A stretch of 64,000 bases of DNA from Octopus vulgaris (GCA_951406725.2 OX597825.1:27776001-27840000); one strand, 5' to 3'. Positions 44,530-60,164 are shown, counted from the first letter of the stretch. Translations and numbers: made by a program. The notes: generated from the sequence alone by a model not told the origin.

Positions 44530-44928
44530 TCATCATCATTGTTCGACCGTGGTCGAGACAATGGAATTTTCTATGTTACGCCAGACTTCACGGTCCATCA
44601 TAGCATTTCGGAGGTCCTCTTGCTGGATGCCTGTATCCTTGGAGATTACATCAGGGTAGGAGAGTGAGCGCCCTCTGGTATCGCGAGCAGATGGCTTCCA
44701 GAGGAGAAGAGTAGAAATTACCTCGTTTTCAGCTCTACAACAATGCCCAACAAACTGGACTCTTCTACCTTTCACAAGAGATGATACAAATGGTAATTTC
44801 CCATATATTTGTACTTTGGTTGGATGACGCTTCCACGAGAGATTTTGAGCTCTCATAAGGAGGCGAGTGTAAGTTCCATCCAACCGCCTCTCAAGCTTCT
44901 TTGATAACGTCCAGGTTTCTGAGCCATA
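44530..44928 (-). mobile_element. RTE-clade LINE 3' fragment (5'-truncated) with a (TGA)n tail
   Basis: YGSETWTLSKKLERRLDGTYTRLLMRAQNLSW...RRVQFVGHCCR...LLLW...DREVWR, then tgatgatga. Confidence 0.85.
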
Positions 44929-45242
44929 CTCATTACCCAGCTAACCGGTTAACCCACACAACATTGATCACGCAGGAACCTGCATCCCAAGATTAGTAAA
45001 CCACTGGTCTGTCCTTTTTATTTGCAGCCATCTGGTGGTTGTCTGTAAAGTTCAGTAATAAAACCTCCAGTGATTATCTTTGTAGCTCCTTAAACGACCC
45101 ACCCACTTAAGAATTTGCACACAAAAGTCATAAACCTCACACTACTAAGTTCATTTAATGTTGATTTAATTGACTTCTCAAATCAAATCTCAAATTAAAT
45201 GACATCCTCAACTTGATTTCGTTTATATGTATCTTCCTCTGG

Positions 45243-45804
<562 letters not shown>

Positions 45805-47141
45805 GTTTTGTTGTTGTTCTTGTTGTTTGGGGGTTTTGTCTATTGAGGAAGCAATGATAATTGATTTTATTTTCATCGAGTTATTGTAAATGCTCTTTTG
45901 TGACGCAGACACGTAAAACTGCCAGAAAGCGATGAAGGGTGTCAATATCTCTTTCTGCCTAAAATGGCAGAAAGAGATATTGGAGGCTAAAGGAGAAAGA
46001 GAAGCAAAACGAAACAAAACTAAAAGGAAAAAAATATATGAAAGCTTCTAAAGAACTATAAATGTCATCGATATTTCCAAACAAAATTCTATCGTTGGAA
46101 TCCATCTTTCAATCTTCAAAACGCCAGACGGCAGAGGTAACCATGCAAAAAGATGTGATATAGAAATTATTATTAGAATATTTTTTTTAGTTTTTCAGTC
46201 TTTTTGTTTGTATTTTATGTGATTATGGAAAAAATTCAACTCAACATATATGTCAATAGAAAAGCATTTTCGGTTGTAAATTTATTAAAAAAAAAATAGG
46301 AAAAATTTAAGAAAATATAGTAGATTGAAGAGAAGAACGAAATCAAACGAATATTACATGTACAAATCCAAAACAAAATACCTTCCTTTCCATTGTTGGG
46401 TGCCTTTCAATTTTTCTATTCACCATGCCAACCCAATTTATATTTTATACTACATAATTCCTGCTCACTACACTTTTCACCTTGATCTTATACAAAAGTC
46501 ACATTTTTTTCTTTTGTAAATAAAATAAAGGCTGTCGCGTGAACAATAAACGACGAACAAGGAAATTGTTCTGACTCAATCTGAAACTTAAAACGATAAA
46601 AAGAGAAAACTGAAAGAAACAGAAATAAAAAAATTGGAAACCAAACTTCCAATCAGCAAACTTCAATGAGAATGCGTTAAATTTTTTAAGGACCAAGAAT
46701 TGTTAGGGCAAGTATGGAAGTGTATATATCGAGCATCCACAACGAAATTATTCAGTCAGCAAACAGATCATCGATGCCCACGCTTTTACCTGCTCGTAGC
46801 AAATAATTCCCTATTTTATATCGTACATGGTGACCATTATCATTGTTTCATTGGTTAAACGTTTCAAAGATGCGGATCAACTGTATTTTTAATGGTGAGA
46901 GTCAAACTGCTCCCTACAAAAATGGCAGAACACATTAATGTTGTAATATCTGAACGCATTAAGTTCTTTCGGTTGTGCTTCAATGTTCACCGCTAATCCG
47001 TAAAATACACTTGGAAATACACACCTTCACATATCAAAGTGTATCTAATGTATATTCATCTCTGTGCGCTACATAACGTTGAAAGGCATAAAACTAGGTT
47101 CTGTTCGATTTCGAGAAGAAATGTATTCATAGACATCTATA

Positions 47142-47304
47142 GGAGCAGGAGTGGCTGTGTGGTAAGTAGCTTGCTTACTAGCCACATGGTTCCGGGTTCA
47201 TTCCCACTGCGTGGCACCTTCGGCAGGTGTTTTCTACTATAGCCTCGGGCCGACCAAAGCCTTCTGAGTGGATTTGGTAGATTGAAATTGAAAGAACCCT
47301 TTCG

Positions 47305-47369
<65 letters not shown>

Positions 47370-47376
47370 ATGTATG

Positions 47377-47463
<87 letters not shown>

Positions 47464-47705
47464 TGTGTGTGTGTATGTGTGTGTATATGTTTGTGTGTCT
47501 GTGTTTGTCCTCCCTAACATCGCTTGAAAACCGGTGGTGGTGTGTTTACGTCCCCGTTACTAAGCGGTTCAGCAAAACAGACCGATCGAATAAGTACTAG
47601 GTTTCCAAAGAATAAGTCCTGGGGCCGATTTCCTCGATTAAACGCCGTGCTCCAGCATGGCTGCAGTCAAATTACTGAAACAAATAAAAAAGAGAAAAGA
47701 GAGAG
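47142..47705 (+). mobile_element. SINE family A with an expanded internal (TA)/(TG) tract
   Basis: Full head and tail match to 49566-49966. Confidence 0.9.
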
Positions 47706-47894
47706 AATCTATGTTACGAACACAACCTCCAATAGAGCGAGATGAACATCGTACAAGCAGTAACTTACGTGAACACCAGATGCGTTCCTGCCTGTTCTTG
47801 CCTTTTCAATGAGGTGAACTTGCTAATCCCATACAAAGACGAAATCCTAATTCTACTAATATATACAAAACAATGAATATTATATCGCTTTTAA

Positions 47895-48090
47895 ATTAAT
47901 GCACACGGCCACCAACTTCGCGAGTTGATTACATTAACTTCAATGCTGATTTGGTTCTTACTTTATTGACACTGAAATGATGACAAATAAAGATGACCTC
48001 GGTGGAATATAAATTCAGAATGCAAAAGCAGGTGAAATACCGCTAGGCATTTTGCCCGGCGTGTTATCGATTTTGCAAGCACACCACCTT
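47895..48090 (-). mobile_element. Degenerate SINE family B
   Basis: gacctcggtggaat...ttcagaa...gaaataccgctaggcattttgcccggcgtg. Confidence 0.65.
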
Positions 48091-48734
48091 AAAATCCAAT
48101 AAATGATACATTGAGTAATCTTGCGCAAAGCCTGCCGTGATAATGTAGCTGTTGTCTGGACCAAAAATATTTTGATTGATATATTGTTAAAAACACAATT
48201 GTGCGCATGTGTGTGTGAGAGAAAGAGAGTGTGTGTTTGTGTGTGTGTCGGAGTAAGAGAACCATCATCCCAGTAGTGACTCACAAGGATGCTATAGTCA
48301 CTTTGTCTTGTAACACCTTCTCAATAACATGTACTCAGTATACACGAGCCTAGATATATGTTCTCTCTCAGCATGTGTATATCGGCTATACTTTAACGAC
48401 AAAGTATAAGAAGGCCGAAACCAGCTTGGCGTTCTTGTAAGCTACCGCTAGGGTTCAGTAGCTATCTCATACATTTGGTTTCGAACACAGCACGTCCACC
48501 AAAGTATTTTCTCTGCCACTGTAACCACAGCAGGATGTCCTGAGCAACGTTATATATATACATGTGTGTGTGTCTGTGAGTCTGTGTGAGGTGTGTGTGC
48601 CATATTATATTATATTATATTATGTTACATAATATTATAAGATATATTATATCATATATCATACTATATAGTATAACAGTATATTGGCATATTGTACAGG
48701 TATGTATATACATATACATATACATACATACATG

Positions 48735-48785
<51 letters not shown>

Positions 48786-48799
48786 TGGTTGTCTACACC

Positions 48800-49532
48800 T
48801 TATGCAGATTTTGACAACCTCCAAGGCCACCAGATGACTTCGTAACCTCCTGCAACACTTCTAGGTCATCTCTTTCTTTAAGTTGGTGAATTTTGCCATA
48901 ACCGTTTCTTTCAGTACAGCTTTCGTGATATAAAGGGATTTTGTTGAACTTTCGTTCAAATGTACCCCACACATAATAATCAAAGGGGCTGCAGTCTTGG
49001 AAGTTAGGTGGCCATATGTTAGAGGTGATGTGGTCGCAGAAATTGTGTGACAGCCATGAGTTGTGCTGCTTGTGTTGCATGGTACAGAATGCTCTTGCCA
49101 GATGTAGGGTCTCCAGCAGCCACTGTCTTGACACAGAGCAGCACTACCTCCTCCAGTCACTTGATGTAGGCCACCATTTTGTGTCTGAGGCCGTGTGAGA
49201 AGATGAATGGTGGAATAACGTCACCATCACTAGTGATCACTCCAAACACCATGGTGTTTACTGGATGTTTGATTTTAATCACACTTCGTACATATCCTCA
49301 GATTGACACCCAAACACTCTGAAATGCTCCTATTGGAGTCTTTGGAGGGAATGCTGACCACTATAGCATGTCGTTTCCAAGATTCTGGCATAGTGAATTC
49401 CGTCATTGTGCTGTTTTTCTCACAGATACTGCCCAACTGAACGCACTATAGTATGTAGTGACAAAATATGAAAAAGAACAATAGGCATGCACGGAAACAT
49501 AAAGTAGCGACAATTTACACATTACACCCTTA

Positions 49533-49533
<1 letters not shown>
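48800..49533 (-). mobile_element. Decayed Tc1/mariner-superfamily transposon
   Basis: Frameshifted peptides MVFGVITSDGDVIPPFIF and NIWPPNFQDCSPFDYYVWG (WPPNSPDLNP-type motif); the terminus resembles that at 58265. Confidence 0.85.
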
Positions 49534-49565
<32 letters not shown>

Positions 49566-49567
<2 letters not shown>

Positions 49568-49964
49568 CGCAGGAGTGGCTGTGTGGTAAGTAGCTTGCTT
49601 ACCAACCACATGGTTCCGGGTTCAGTCCCACTACGTGGCATCTTGGGCAAGTGTCTTCTGCTATAACCCCGGGCCGACCAATGCTTGTGAGTGGATTTGG
49701 TAGACGGAAACTGAAAGAAGCCTGTCGTATATATGTATATGTATGTGTGTGTATATGTTTCTGTGTCTGTGTATGTCCCCCACCACCACCATCGCTTGAC
49801 AACCGATGATGGTGTGTTTACGTCCCCGTCACTTAGCAGTGCGGCAAAAAGAGACCGATAGAATAAGTACTGGGCTTACAAAGAATAAGTCCCGGGGTCG
49901 ATTTGCTCGACTAAATGTGGTGCTCAAACATGGCCGCAGTCAAATGACTGAAACAAGTAAAAGA

Positions 49965-49966
<2 letters not shown>
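49566..49966 (+). mobile_element. tRNA-derived SINE family A (best-preserved copy)
   Basis: ggcgcaggagtggctgtgtggtaag (A-box-like), gggttcagtcc (B-box-like), cttgggcaagtg core-like motif, tail aaacaagtaaaagagta; (TA)n on both sides. Confidence 0.9.
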
Positions 49967-50040
<74 letters not shown>

Positions 50041-50054
50041 TTATGTATGTTATT

Positions 50055-50372
50055 CGGGGACCCCCTTCGGGCACGAATGACCATGGGATTGCACCTAGAA
50101 AGTTACCCTCCGACGCACAAGTCCGGGCAAGGTTGTTTATGGAAGACCAGTAGTCGCGCATGCATACCAGCCTCCCCTCTCCACGCCACAGATGTTATCC
50201 AAGGAAAAGGCAAATGGGCCGATACACCTTGGCACCAGTGACATCGAAAACTGGAGCAACGTGAAATAAAGTGTCTTGCTCAAGAACACAACGCACAGCC
50301 TGGTCCAGAATTCGAACTCACAACATCACGGTCTAAAGTTCGACGCTCTAACTACTGAGCCATGAGCCTTCA
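50055..50372 (-). mobile_element. tRNA-derived SINE sharing a central motif with family D
   Basis: Minus strand tggctcagtagttagagcg...gagttcgaattc...ttcttgagcaagacactttatttcacg. Confidence 0.8.
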
Positions 50373-51830
50373 CTATCTATGTATATATATTATATATATA
50401 TGCATGATAGGCTCCCAATCAGTTTTGCAACCTACGAAGGAGTCTTCGTCTTCTTGGGAGATTAAGTAGACAATGAAATCGTCCATAGTATTTAAATTGT
50501 AATTTACACGGTTTTGATGCTGAAATAATGTTTATTAGAAAAGAAAACGTCTTAATTTCGGCACTCACACATATTTTGTGGCTATCTTCAAAAAGTATAA
50601 ACATAAGCTGATGTTGAAAAATTTGACGTGCGTTTGTTTACAAGAAGGAAATCACCTGATCGGATTACTGTGCCACCGCCGCCGTCTTTGTTGTCTATAT
50701 GAACTATGAGTCGCCTGATCCTTAAGGTCTCTTTTAACATCTAGCCATATGATGTTATTTTTAATCCTTAAGACTAGGTTTAACCTAAATTTTGACTATA
50801 TCCTCATATCGTACGATATTTGGATTAGTAAAACTCACGCCATTAAACTCACGCCAGTAAAACTCACCAGTCGTATGACCCTGATTTCGACATCAGAGTA
50901 AATATTTTGTAGTTTAATCACTTAATCAAAACTTCTAATTATTATCAAAATTTGAAGAATGTTCTTTGCCATGTCTGTGAAGCGTCTTCAATTATTTTAA
51001 AAACGTAATTTTTGTTGTAAATTTATTTTCTATCTAAAATAAATTTTATTAAAAAAGGGATTGTGGTATAATTTTATTTAGTAGAAATCAATATCTTTCA
51101 GATATTGATCATACAGAAACAGTTTCAAAATTATTATGGATTGCAGATAATTTTAGGTCGATACAGTACAGTATGTAATTATGTATTTATGCTTATTTGT
51201 CATCGGAAAAACAATGCTTTCATCTTTCTTATATGTACACAAGTAATTACCAGTTGCATATTGACCTTGGTGTCTTCGGTTAGACTTCAATGCGTTGTGG
51301 TAATTTATGAAATTTCCCTGATTTTCTATTTCAAGTCAATGACCTCCCAGAAACTGCAGTTTGTCACATGATGTATGATGGAGTGTTTAAATATGACCCT
51401 AGAATAGAATATATTTCGTTAGTGTAGCGTACGGCATTGAAATATCAAAAGTTAACACCAAATTAAATGTAAATTTGTTTTAATACTAGGTATTCTTATC
51501 GCATATATAACCAAATATACCTCTAGAACCAACATCTATGAAAGATAGTTAAAATATTTGGTAATGAGACACATCTCATTGGTTATTACCAATGCAACTT
51601 TTCACAGCATGACCACAACTCACATTTCCAATACTTTTTTTAAAAACTGACATTAAAATTAATGAGATACATATATAATTACTGATATACGATGAGCGTG
51701 AGGGAAATTAGCACACGTAATTGACAGGAACGCGTGAAAGACAACACCAAACTAGACTTCATTGACAACTCACAGCTACTGTCATTATTAATACTAAAAT
51801 TTAACTCTAGTACGTCGCTTCGTCGATTCT

Positions 51831-52320
<490 letters not shown>

Positions 52321-54833
52321 TTTGGAAACTAGAATTATAATGATTAATATTCAGAAAAATATGGTAAATATACAAAACTGTCAACTGTCTGTTACTCATA
52401 TTTATTTTAATGTGTTTTGCAGCTAACATTGTTTTCAAAAATAGAATATTATCACAATGTTTACGGTGGAATATAGAGTAAATCAAAATATTTACTTTAT
52501 ATCTCTAGAACGATAAAAGGTCAGTTTGCTAACAATAGAATACAATAACAGTACCTAAGAGTAGGACAGAGTCAATTAAAACTACTGCAATGCTCACAAA
52601 ATATTTAATTTACTTATCCTGGAAAGATTTGAATGGACAAGGGTAGGAAAATTTGGCTGTTGGTATATCTGAAATTGCAGTGTAATTTCAACGCCTCGTA
52701 ATAGAATTTGAGATAGTTGTTTGCATGTGAACGCATAATACCAGATACCAAATAGGATATGCGCTATTGTGGAATATCGAAAAATACATTTGTTTGCATA
52801 GTTAGTTAAATCAACTGTACGTGTAAATTTGCGCGGAGTTCTATGTTTATAAGTTTCTCGATGTAAAAGTCATGCTAGTGCCCTCACTTTTGGGTTATTC
52901 TTCTTAAATGTGTATGTAAATTGTTAAGGGCAATAGCTAAAAAATGGGCTGTAGAGAAGTCAGTTCTGCAGAAGAATGACGAATAATTCAGTATAGGGTA
53001 TCTAAATGCAAATAAACACGTGATACGTATAGAATAAAAACTATATCTCAATTGGAATAATTCGAGTAAAAGAGATATTCACTTTTCCACAAACTGATTG
53101 GCTGATATCACAATAGACGGAATAGAATTAATGAAACGTGAGAAAAACTCATTTATGAATTACATATTGAAGTGTATGTGTGGTATTATTTTGCTAAATT
53201 CTAGAATGCTTTTCTTTTTGATAAGGTTTATGATCTAGGCATGTGAGAAATACACTGTGCGGAACAAATTTTTCATACTGGTTTATCACCTGCAAATTAG
53301 AACCGTTTTAACATAGAGAACATTTAAACTGTCTTACAGTTAGTATCAATGCTATAAATTCCATAAACATTAGCTATACCATTCTTCATATATAGATAAA
53401 ATTATCACTTTTCATAAGATTTGAAATAAACAAGATTTCTTAATTTATTCACAGAAATATGTTTCGAAAAAATTGTCTTGTACACGTTCAACATCATCCC
53501 TTAATATTTGATATATTCCTGACTATTTTCCATCTTATTTCAAAATTAAAGGATTTACCTTCGTGATTCTTTCAGTATTTCACCAACTGAAAGAGATCCA
53601 CTAACTTACAACTTTAAAAAATGCGAAATAAATATGGTAAAATTTTGGCAATATTATATATGTGAGGTGACCATGCGAACTGCTTAGAATATTTTATTAT
53701 TTGTAAACATTTCTCAGAGTTTTAGTTTATTACACGATACTGAAAGCGTACTTTTACATGTACGTAGGTAATTTAATACATACAAATGTTACATAAAATA
53801 GAATTAAGAAAGAGAGCAGAAACACAAAGTTTGTAGCGTGTAAATATGAAGCATGTAAGAAGGAGACATTCACCAAAAGAATTATTGGCACTAGAAAATT
53901 TGTATTGGAGATAAGATAATTCCTCTGAGAGAGAAAAAGATAAGGTATTTGGTAGAGAATTCAACGTGAAGCGTATATCAAATTGTGTACCATATATTAA
54001 ATGATTGTAAACTTCAAATTCCCAGGCAATATTGGCAGTTGCGTTTCGTACACGTTTATATATTCTTACAATAATGCCCCCGAGACGTTGTTTGACGTTG
54101 AAATAAAACTTTTGGTGTACTAAACTCACAGTGATAGGATCGTACACACATAAGCACATACATGAGATATTGATACATATATTCAATATACAAAGTGGCA
54201 CAAATGCAAAGAATTTCAATTAACCGCGGCGTTTGCACAAACACTTATACATACAGTCACTCACAAACACACGTGCGCGCAAGAGAGGCAAGATGAGACA
54301 GAGAGACTGAGAGAGAGCGAGAGAGAGAGAAAGAGAAGGAGAGAGAGCAAAGACAACATGGCTCTGAAATATTTCTACGTATGTGCATGCACACGATTAC
54401 AAACATATGTATATGTGAAACGAGATATAGCAAAAGAGATAGAAAGAGAACGATACAGAGAGAGAAGGGAGAGATAACTGGAGGGAGAGAAGGCATATGA
54501 CAGAAATTGGTACCTGCACACATGTATATATATACATACGTAGAAATAAACATGCATTCATTCACACTTGAATGCATATATACACACGGACACATCCTAA
54601 TTGTATTCGCTTGTATAATTACTTACATTAGCCCAATTATACACTTACATACATGCAAATATCTCTTTAACAATGAACGTCTGTAAAGCTGCATATGTGT
54701 TATAATCCCAATACAGGATGAATGAATATATTTTGTACTTCAGACGACGACGTCATTAAAATGCGTATACTGGATTCGGTTTTCACTGGTAACGTATAAA
54801 CGACTGAAACGTAAACGGAAGTACATACTATGC

Positions 54834-54871
<38 letters not shown>

Positions 54872-54928
54872 ATGTGTGTGTGTGTGTATGTGTGTGTGTA
54901 TGTGTGTGTGTGTGTGTGTAGCTAGGTG

Positions 54929-54962
<34 letters not shown>

Positions 54963-56214
54963 GAAAGAGAGAGTGAGAGAGAGAGTATCAGAGATGATGT
55001 ATTTCGATGTGTATGAATGCATTTCTAAAAGGTGTAAATATACTGTGTCTTGACGAATGAGGAAGAGAGTACTCAATATAAATGTTTTATATGCTTTATT
55101 GAATTCATTTATTTTGTAAAAAGTAGTGTTGCACGCAACACCAATCGTCAGGTACAAAAGAAGTATTGTACTGTATTACTCTTTTCCGCATTCTTGTGTG
55201 TTTCGGTTTGTTTTGTTTGTTTTTCATTGGAGCTCTTTTCTCTTTATCCATGTTTGTCTGTCTGTTTCTGCTTTTATGTTCCTTTATATTAACATCCTAT
55301 TCGTATCTATCTCTTTCATTGGCAATGCCTTTTTCTAACGTTTCAGTTTATGATTTCTGCTTAGACCATTTCCCAATCTACTAGTTCTTTAAATATTTTT
55401 TGATATTTTATGCATTTATTGTAATATTTTAAGCATATCTGCTGAAACATTTTTTTTTCTCTTTGTGTGTAAAGAATGTATTTTATCGTCGTATAATTGA
55501 GTATGTATGTTATTTTTATTTTATTCCCATTAATTGTATGAAAATGAAAGGGTTTTGTTTTATTGTGTATCGGCTCCGAAGAATTTTATGCTATCACATG
55601 CATTATAATATTGTTGATTGACTTTCTCAACTGTTTATGGGAAAGGCTACGTTTTTTCCGCCTTTGGTCTTGCATTTGGCTTTTGATAATGTAAGAGTCG
55701 TTTCATTGTTATGGTCAGATGCTTTTTAGATTTGGTTCGGCTGATGTGAATGCGATTTGCTATGTGCATAAAGGAAGTATTTACACGTATTTATGAGCGC
55801 ACATTAATTGAATTAACATTTTACTCTTCGAGTCCTCTGTATATTTTTATACGCATGAATGGTTTATATGTCTAGTAGTTTGTACCGATTCCATCTCAGT
55901 ATTTGTAATTTATGTTGCATGCAAATTATTGGTGGGACGGTGTGGGGGCATGGGCTTCTACTGTTCATTTTGCGCTACTAGGTTCTATGCTTTCTCTGTT
56001 CATACCGTTGTAGCTACTAATGGCTTGTTTGGTATTCGAGTTTCTTCCTGGAGACGAATGCATAGAAATAGAATTTCTCTGTTTATCAAGTGTACTATTG
56101 GTGGGTTGTATTTTTAGCGATATTTGGGAGCATATTTCGTCAGCATTTATGAAAATGCATACACAGTCTATTATTTATGATTTTATATTTCGCTTCATTT
56201 TCATATCCTAAATA

Positions 56215-57029
56215 CGCTATGGTGTGGTGGGATAGGAGATTTAAAGAGCATAGGAAAGACTTCATCCACCGCATACAGTTTTCTGGCTACAAACAAAGGG
56301 ACAGGATTAGAGTATACAAAGGAGCCAGGACTAAGTACAAAACCATCATAGAGAGTTATGCTCAGGAGATCTGCCCTCTATAAGGTTCTAATCCTGTAAC
56401 AGTATGGAAAGAACCATTAATAAGATAAATAAGGCCAACATTTGGCATGACAACAAAAAATACCTGAGAGTCATGTTTGTTGATGCTATCCATGACGGCA
56501 AACTAGCACACCTTTTTATAAAAACATTAAGTAAGGTTAGTCAACGAATTAAAGTTGTAGAGAGGCCTGATACTCCTTTAAAATCCCTGGTTTGCAATAG
56601 CTCTCTCTTTGATATGTTCTCCTGTACGGAGGACAATTGTGCTGTATGTAGGATGAACCCACACGTTAACTGTAAGTTTAGGAATGTAATGCATAGTTTA
56701 CGATGTACTGAGGATGATGCAGAAACATGACAACTATCTATATTGGAGAGACTGCACGTAGCATAGGAGAGCGTAAAGGTGGCCATTAGCGAGAGCTCAA
56801 AAAGGGGAAAAGCTCGTCAGTGCTCTACCAGCATTCCCAGGTAGAACGTAGAGGCTCGATTAATAGCATAGAGGTTAAAGTACTATCGACACATAGAACT
56901 GACACGACGCTTAGAAAGATTACAGAAGTTACATGCATAAAAGTAGACAGACCGAGCCTCAACAGAGAACATGAAAGGAAGCGTAACACCCACCACCACG
57001 CCACATTACTAAAGACAGTAGAGTTGTGA
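56215..57029 (+). pseudogene. Decayed Penelope-like element 3' region: RT thumb, Cys-rich linker and GIY-YIG endonuclease
   Basis: FIHRIQFSGY..R; IKVVERPDTPLK..C...C..C...CKFRNVMHSLRC; YIGETARSIGER..H (from 56739); VLYQH..RKITE..I...PSLN. Contains stops and frameshifts. Confidence 0.8.
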
Positions 57030-57724
57030 AGAGAGAGGGAAAGGAAAAAAGAACCCGTAAATAATACACAGAAACATCCGTTTTAAAATAAAGTTGTATT
57101 ACTCTCGACTGTGATCTACAGCTGATACAATTTAGAGTTTAGTTTGTTAAAAAAATTATAGCCAATGGTTTCTGAAGTGTTTTCTAATGTGTCAAATCAA
57201 TGGCATCCTTAATATTATAAAAATAAAGGAAATGACATTACACAGTAAAAAAAATCAGAAATTAAATTGCGTCAACAAATAAATCGTATTAATATCACTT
57301 TGCAATATTAAATATAATTTGTGTTTTATTTATGGTATGAAAGTATTGTAATCGTGTATGATTTACTGGACTAATTGATTTGGGCGATAGACAAGCACGA
57401 ACTTATAGATATTTCTAAGTGTGTTTAACCAAAAATTTAAATCTGACAACTTTTTACGTAATGTAGGTATATGAAAATACGAAATTCAGGCTATGTTGAT
57501 GTGAGAAATTATTTCACTGTGTCCGGAATGTGTTACATCTGATTTTATAACAGAAACCTATTTTGCAATGAAAATCTGACCTTTATATATTTGATGTCTA
57601 TGTGTGAATATGTTTCTGGATATATGTAGGATTATATAATTGATAATGGTTAGTATGTAGGTGTAATAATATGGGTTACATATACACGCACACACACAAA
57701 TACATAAAATACATAAGTTTTACC

Positions 57725-58050
57725 TATCAGGCTGCTGCCATGCTAGGGCACCGACTTGATGAATGGTCGCACTTGTTCAATCGTTCTCTCTGGCCCGCCA
57801 CGTTACGTGAACATAAACACACCGCCATCGACGGTATGTGTTATACACAAACACAAACATAAAAACACACATATACACAAATGCGCACACATATTCACAT
57901 GTGGACATGAATATGCGACGGACTTCTTTCATTTTGTGTCTGCCAAATCCACTCACAAGTTTTGGTATTCATTCGGTTACAGTGAAAGATTCTTGCCAAA
58001 GTGGGAGTGAACAGAGAGCTATGTGGTTCTTACCACACAGCCACGCCCGG
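57725..58050 (-). mobile_element. Degenerate SINE family A
   Basis: gctgccatgctagggcaccg; gtctgccaaatccactcacaag; taccacacagccacgcc. Confidence 0.7.
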
Positions 58051-58167
58051 CTCTATATACAGAGTCACGTTTAATATACATATATATATATATATACATA
58101 TATATATATGTATGTATATATATATATATACATACATTTATATGTATATATATATATAGAGAGAGAG

Positions 58168-58264
<97 letters not shown>

Positions 58265-59072
58265 CAAGGTGCGATGGTTAAATTGTCGCCCTCCTATGAT
58301 TTTAATTGCGCACAATGAACATAGTTCTTGGTTTGGTCGATTACACACTATAGTAGGGTCAGTTGACCACTATCTGTGAGAAAAATGCAATTCACTCTGT
58401 CCGAAATTTGGAAACGACATGCTGTGCTGCTTGACATTCACACCAGAATCTCCAATACGAATATTTCAGAGTGTTTAAGTATTAATCTGAACAGTGCAAT
58501 TTGAGGATTTGGATCGAGAGTTATAAAAATCAAACATCCAGTAATCTTCATATTCCCACACTGTCTCAGAACCAACACAGAGGCCAACATAAGATGCCTG
58601 CAGGAGGTAGTGCTGTTTTGGTTCCACACGGTGGCTACTGGAAGACACTATGTCTAGCAACAGGACTCTGCACCATGCCACACAAGCAGGAGAAACATGT
58701 CACATCTCTCAGACATTTTCTGTGATCACATCTGGCCGTAACATCTGGCCACCAAACTCCCCAGACTGCAACATCTTGATTACTACGTGTGGGGCGCAGT
58801 TAAGCAGGAGACCAACAAAACTCCTTGAAAAACCACTGATGGACTGAAGGCAATGATTATGTCAGCATTCACCAGTTTAAACAGTGACCGTCCAAAAGAG
58901 TTGCTGTAGATTACGAACTCGTCTGGAGGTCTTGATTGAAGCCAATGGCTACTTTATTCAATAAATTTACTATTTTGTATTTCAAGATATATTTTATGTA
59001 ATTTTGGTAAATGTATCTGTTAAGATGAGTTGTAAGTATTATTTTCCTTTTGAGTAATTTCACCGCACCCTG
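58265..59072 (+). mobile_element. Internally deleted Tc1/mariner element with both ends and TA flanks
   Basis: TA|CAAGGTGCGATGG...CACCGCACCCTG|TA; remnant peptide NIWPPNSPDCN. Confidence 0.85.
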
Positions 59073-59131
<59 letters not shown>

Positions 59132-59231
59132 ATAATAACAAAGAGTAAAATTAATTAATTAACTAGTAATCAATAATTTCACCAAGTAGAATTCGGCATG
59201 AAAAAGGACCATTTCACGGTAAACTTAAGTA

Positions 59232-59505
59232 ATACTTTATAATTAGGGTTCAGCAAAGATTTACTACATACCGAAGTTTAGAAATAGCAGCCAAAGAACA
59301 TTAGCTATTTCCTCTACTTTAAAAAGAGACTTCCGAAAAAAAAAACAATGTACTCTCTCTACCTGAGTGGATTGTTTTCGTGTACTTTGTTTTTTCCGAG
59401 AGTCTGTTTTTAAAGTAGAGGAAATAGCTAAGGTTCTTTGGCTGCTATTTCTAAACTTCGGTATGTGGTAAAGCAAATCTTTGCTGAAAACTAATTATAA
59501 AGTAT
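59232..59505. repeat. Fold-back palindrome with ~115 bp arms
   Basis: atactttataattag...cataccgaagtttagaaatagcagccaaagaac.ttagctatttcctctactttaaaa and its near-perfect reverse complement; (TA)n nearby on both sides. Confidence 0.92.
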
Positions 59506-60164
59506 ATATATATGCACGTGTATGTATGTGCGCGCGCGCACACACAAACAAATATGTAGGTGTATAAAATGTTGTGGGTAGAGTCATTGATATTTAAAAA
59601 CATCTAGATTTCGACAGACCCGTAAATGTGAATTATTATATCGTTATGGTTGGGAGAAACAAGCGAGCATCATTGATATCATGCGGAAGTTCTTGAGATA
59701 CGAGCTCTTGTATGATAACATTGGAAGCACTTCAGATTCGAGCTTTTGATTTAAGAGTGCCACTTGCAAATTACTTCCATATATTTCATTTATTGTTGAC
59801 TATTAATGTTAAATCCTTAAGTAGCATTTCTGTGCATCCATAATTGCTGCAATAAGGAAATGCCACCATAATAATCATTAGTTTAATTCATAATATTATT
59901 TATACGTGGAGCTATCAGGTTAACTCTACAGAATATTTGGTCTAATTATTAAATTAAAATCGCTACAAACATTAATTATCCAAGTATTACAGCGAATGTA
60001 TATATGAAGAGCAAATGCTCATATAAATTGTTTTATTTTCATAATGGATATATCTACTGATTAGTAGTAATTAAATATTGGGAAGGTATCCATTACCAAA
60101 CTCAGTACAAACGACTTCAGGAAATGGTTGCACTATTTCCACTATAGATGAAAGACAAACATAC

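Noticed and set aside
56728-56730. TGA near a Cys-like position of the PLE endonuclease as a selenocysteine codon
   Set aside because: The copy also has a frameshift and TAG/TAA stops, no SECIS was recognised, and the Sec-encoding PLEs I know of (Naiad) have an N-terminal endonuclease; simple decay is more likely.
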